A stretch of DNA of 63,323 nt, counting the filler, from Squatina squatina (lineage: Eukaryota): the NCBI GenBank assembly GCA_031763465.1. It is 4 parts of 3 records of this genome, joined end to end, with 100 filler letters (N's around TTAATTAATTAA, not from the genome) between each part and the next. Parts side by side here need not be neighbours in the genome. Positions count along the whole stretch, not along the records: positions 50,372 to 63,323 come from JARFOE010000219.1; 3 more parts are not named here. One strand, 5' to 3'. The translations under genes were made by a program, and so were the position numbers. The notes beneath the pieces are model-generated. The model was not told the origin of the DNA, made no database searches, and worked only from the letters and a program-made list of their open reading frames with translations. How positions within the stretch are numbered: the first letter of the stretch is position 1; the number at the start of each line of letters is the position of its first letter. Of this stretch, positions 62,341-63,323 are shown piece after piece.

Positions 62341-63323
62341 CTGAGAGAAAGCAGAACATAATCAGCAGGTTCCTCAGGTTAATAAGATCAGTGCCAGTTC
62401 CTGTTGGTAGATGGCTCGTCACATTTATTTATCACACGTTGTCATTTTTCACACATTCATATCTGGTCTGCACTCATACTCACACTATAGGCCACCAACA
62501 TTGAATCTGAAACCAGGTTTCTATAAAACAGGGTTAATTCAAAAATAAAATCATTGGATTTCTGGATTATTTCTGTCTCCAGTTATTCTTGTTGCTGAAA
62601 GTTGATTCCTTCAGATTTGTGTCCACTAGGTAAGATCTCTTCAAGGTAAAATTGGGCAAGTATCTTGAAGAGAGATACATTATCAAATACAACTGCCAAG
62701 ACGGTTGCCTTGAGATTTTCTATGTTTCAACATCTCAGACCATCAACATTCAAACAGCTGAGTTAGGGAGGAAATCTTGTGGCTTGCATTTTGTATCTCT
62801 ATTCTCGTGGCTTGATAAAACAGCGAGTTCAAAGTACTTCCAAAACACAAGCAACACTATGAAGTTCATAACCAGTCACAAATGCCTCAAAGACAAACTG
62901 CATGTATGAAGATCCAGTCAATAGATGGAAGAAGTACAGAATAGGCCAGCAAAGCGCTTATTACTTTTCCTGGTACATTACACGAGCCCTTATTTCACTT
63001 GGTTTTGCCAGGTGCGGAATCATTGTCCCACCACATATCTTGTGATCTCCGACGGGTAGTCACCAATGAGAAATATCACCAATGAGATGTTTCCATTTCC
63101 TTAACTGGCAACTGGACAAATAAATGGGCCAGTTTTTGCTGTGGACTGGCATCCACTGGACTGAGGTTGGCCAAACTGAAAAAGTAAAACCCCATGTGGC
63201 AATGTTGTGGTAAAATATAATGGCATATTGCAAGCTACCAATCTCAACCGTATTCTCGTGGAGAGGCCCACGAAAAAGGGAGGAGGAAAGATTTGTGGAT
63301 AAAGAGTCAACTCAGACTCCAGT

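Overview
Vertebrate genomic DNA, most likely from a shark or other cartilaginous fish (judged from DeuSINE/SacSINE1-type SINEs, CR1 LINE tails and gene divergence). The window is not one locus. Three artificial linkers (N44-TTAATTAATTAA-N44 at 16562-16661, 32891-32990 and 50272-50371) join four unrelated, heavily gapped segments. (1) 1-16561: HoxB cluster on the minus strand, with mir-10a, HoxB4, its promoter and intronic elements, a DR5 RARE, and probable HoxB3 upstream elements; a CR1 fragment and a decayed PIF/Harbinger transposase lie inside the cluster. (2) 16662-32890: four MTA1 exons, one DRC7 exon and KNL1 exons with KI/MELT motifs. (3) 32991-50271: a complete 3-exon RAB38 and the last CTSC exon. 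(4) 50372-63323: exons of POMT2, ZDHHC22, EIF2B2, MLH3 and FLVCR2. Gene calls come from recalled protein similarity and splice-site logic, not database searches. I found no convincing novel biological system. The best leads are an apparent frameshift in MLH3, transposon relics in the HoxB3-B4 regulatory interval, minimal hammerhead-ribozyme motifs in a dispersed repeat, an apparently intronless ZDHHC22, and KNL1 lacking its first MELT motif. Many 100-N gaps are evidently of unknown size, so adjacency and distances across gaps are unreliable.
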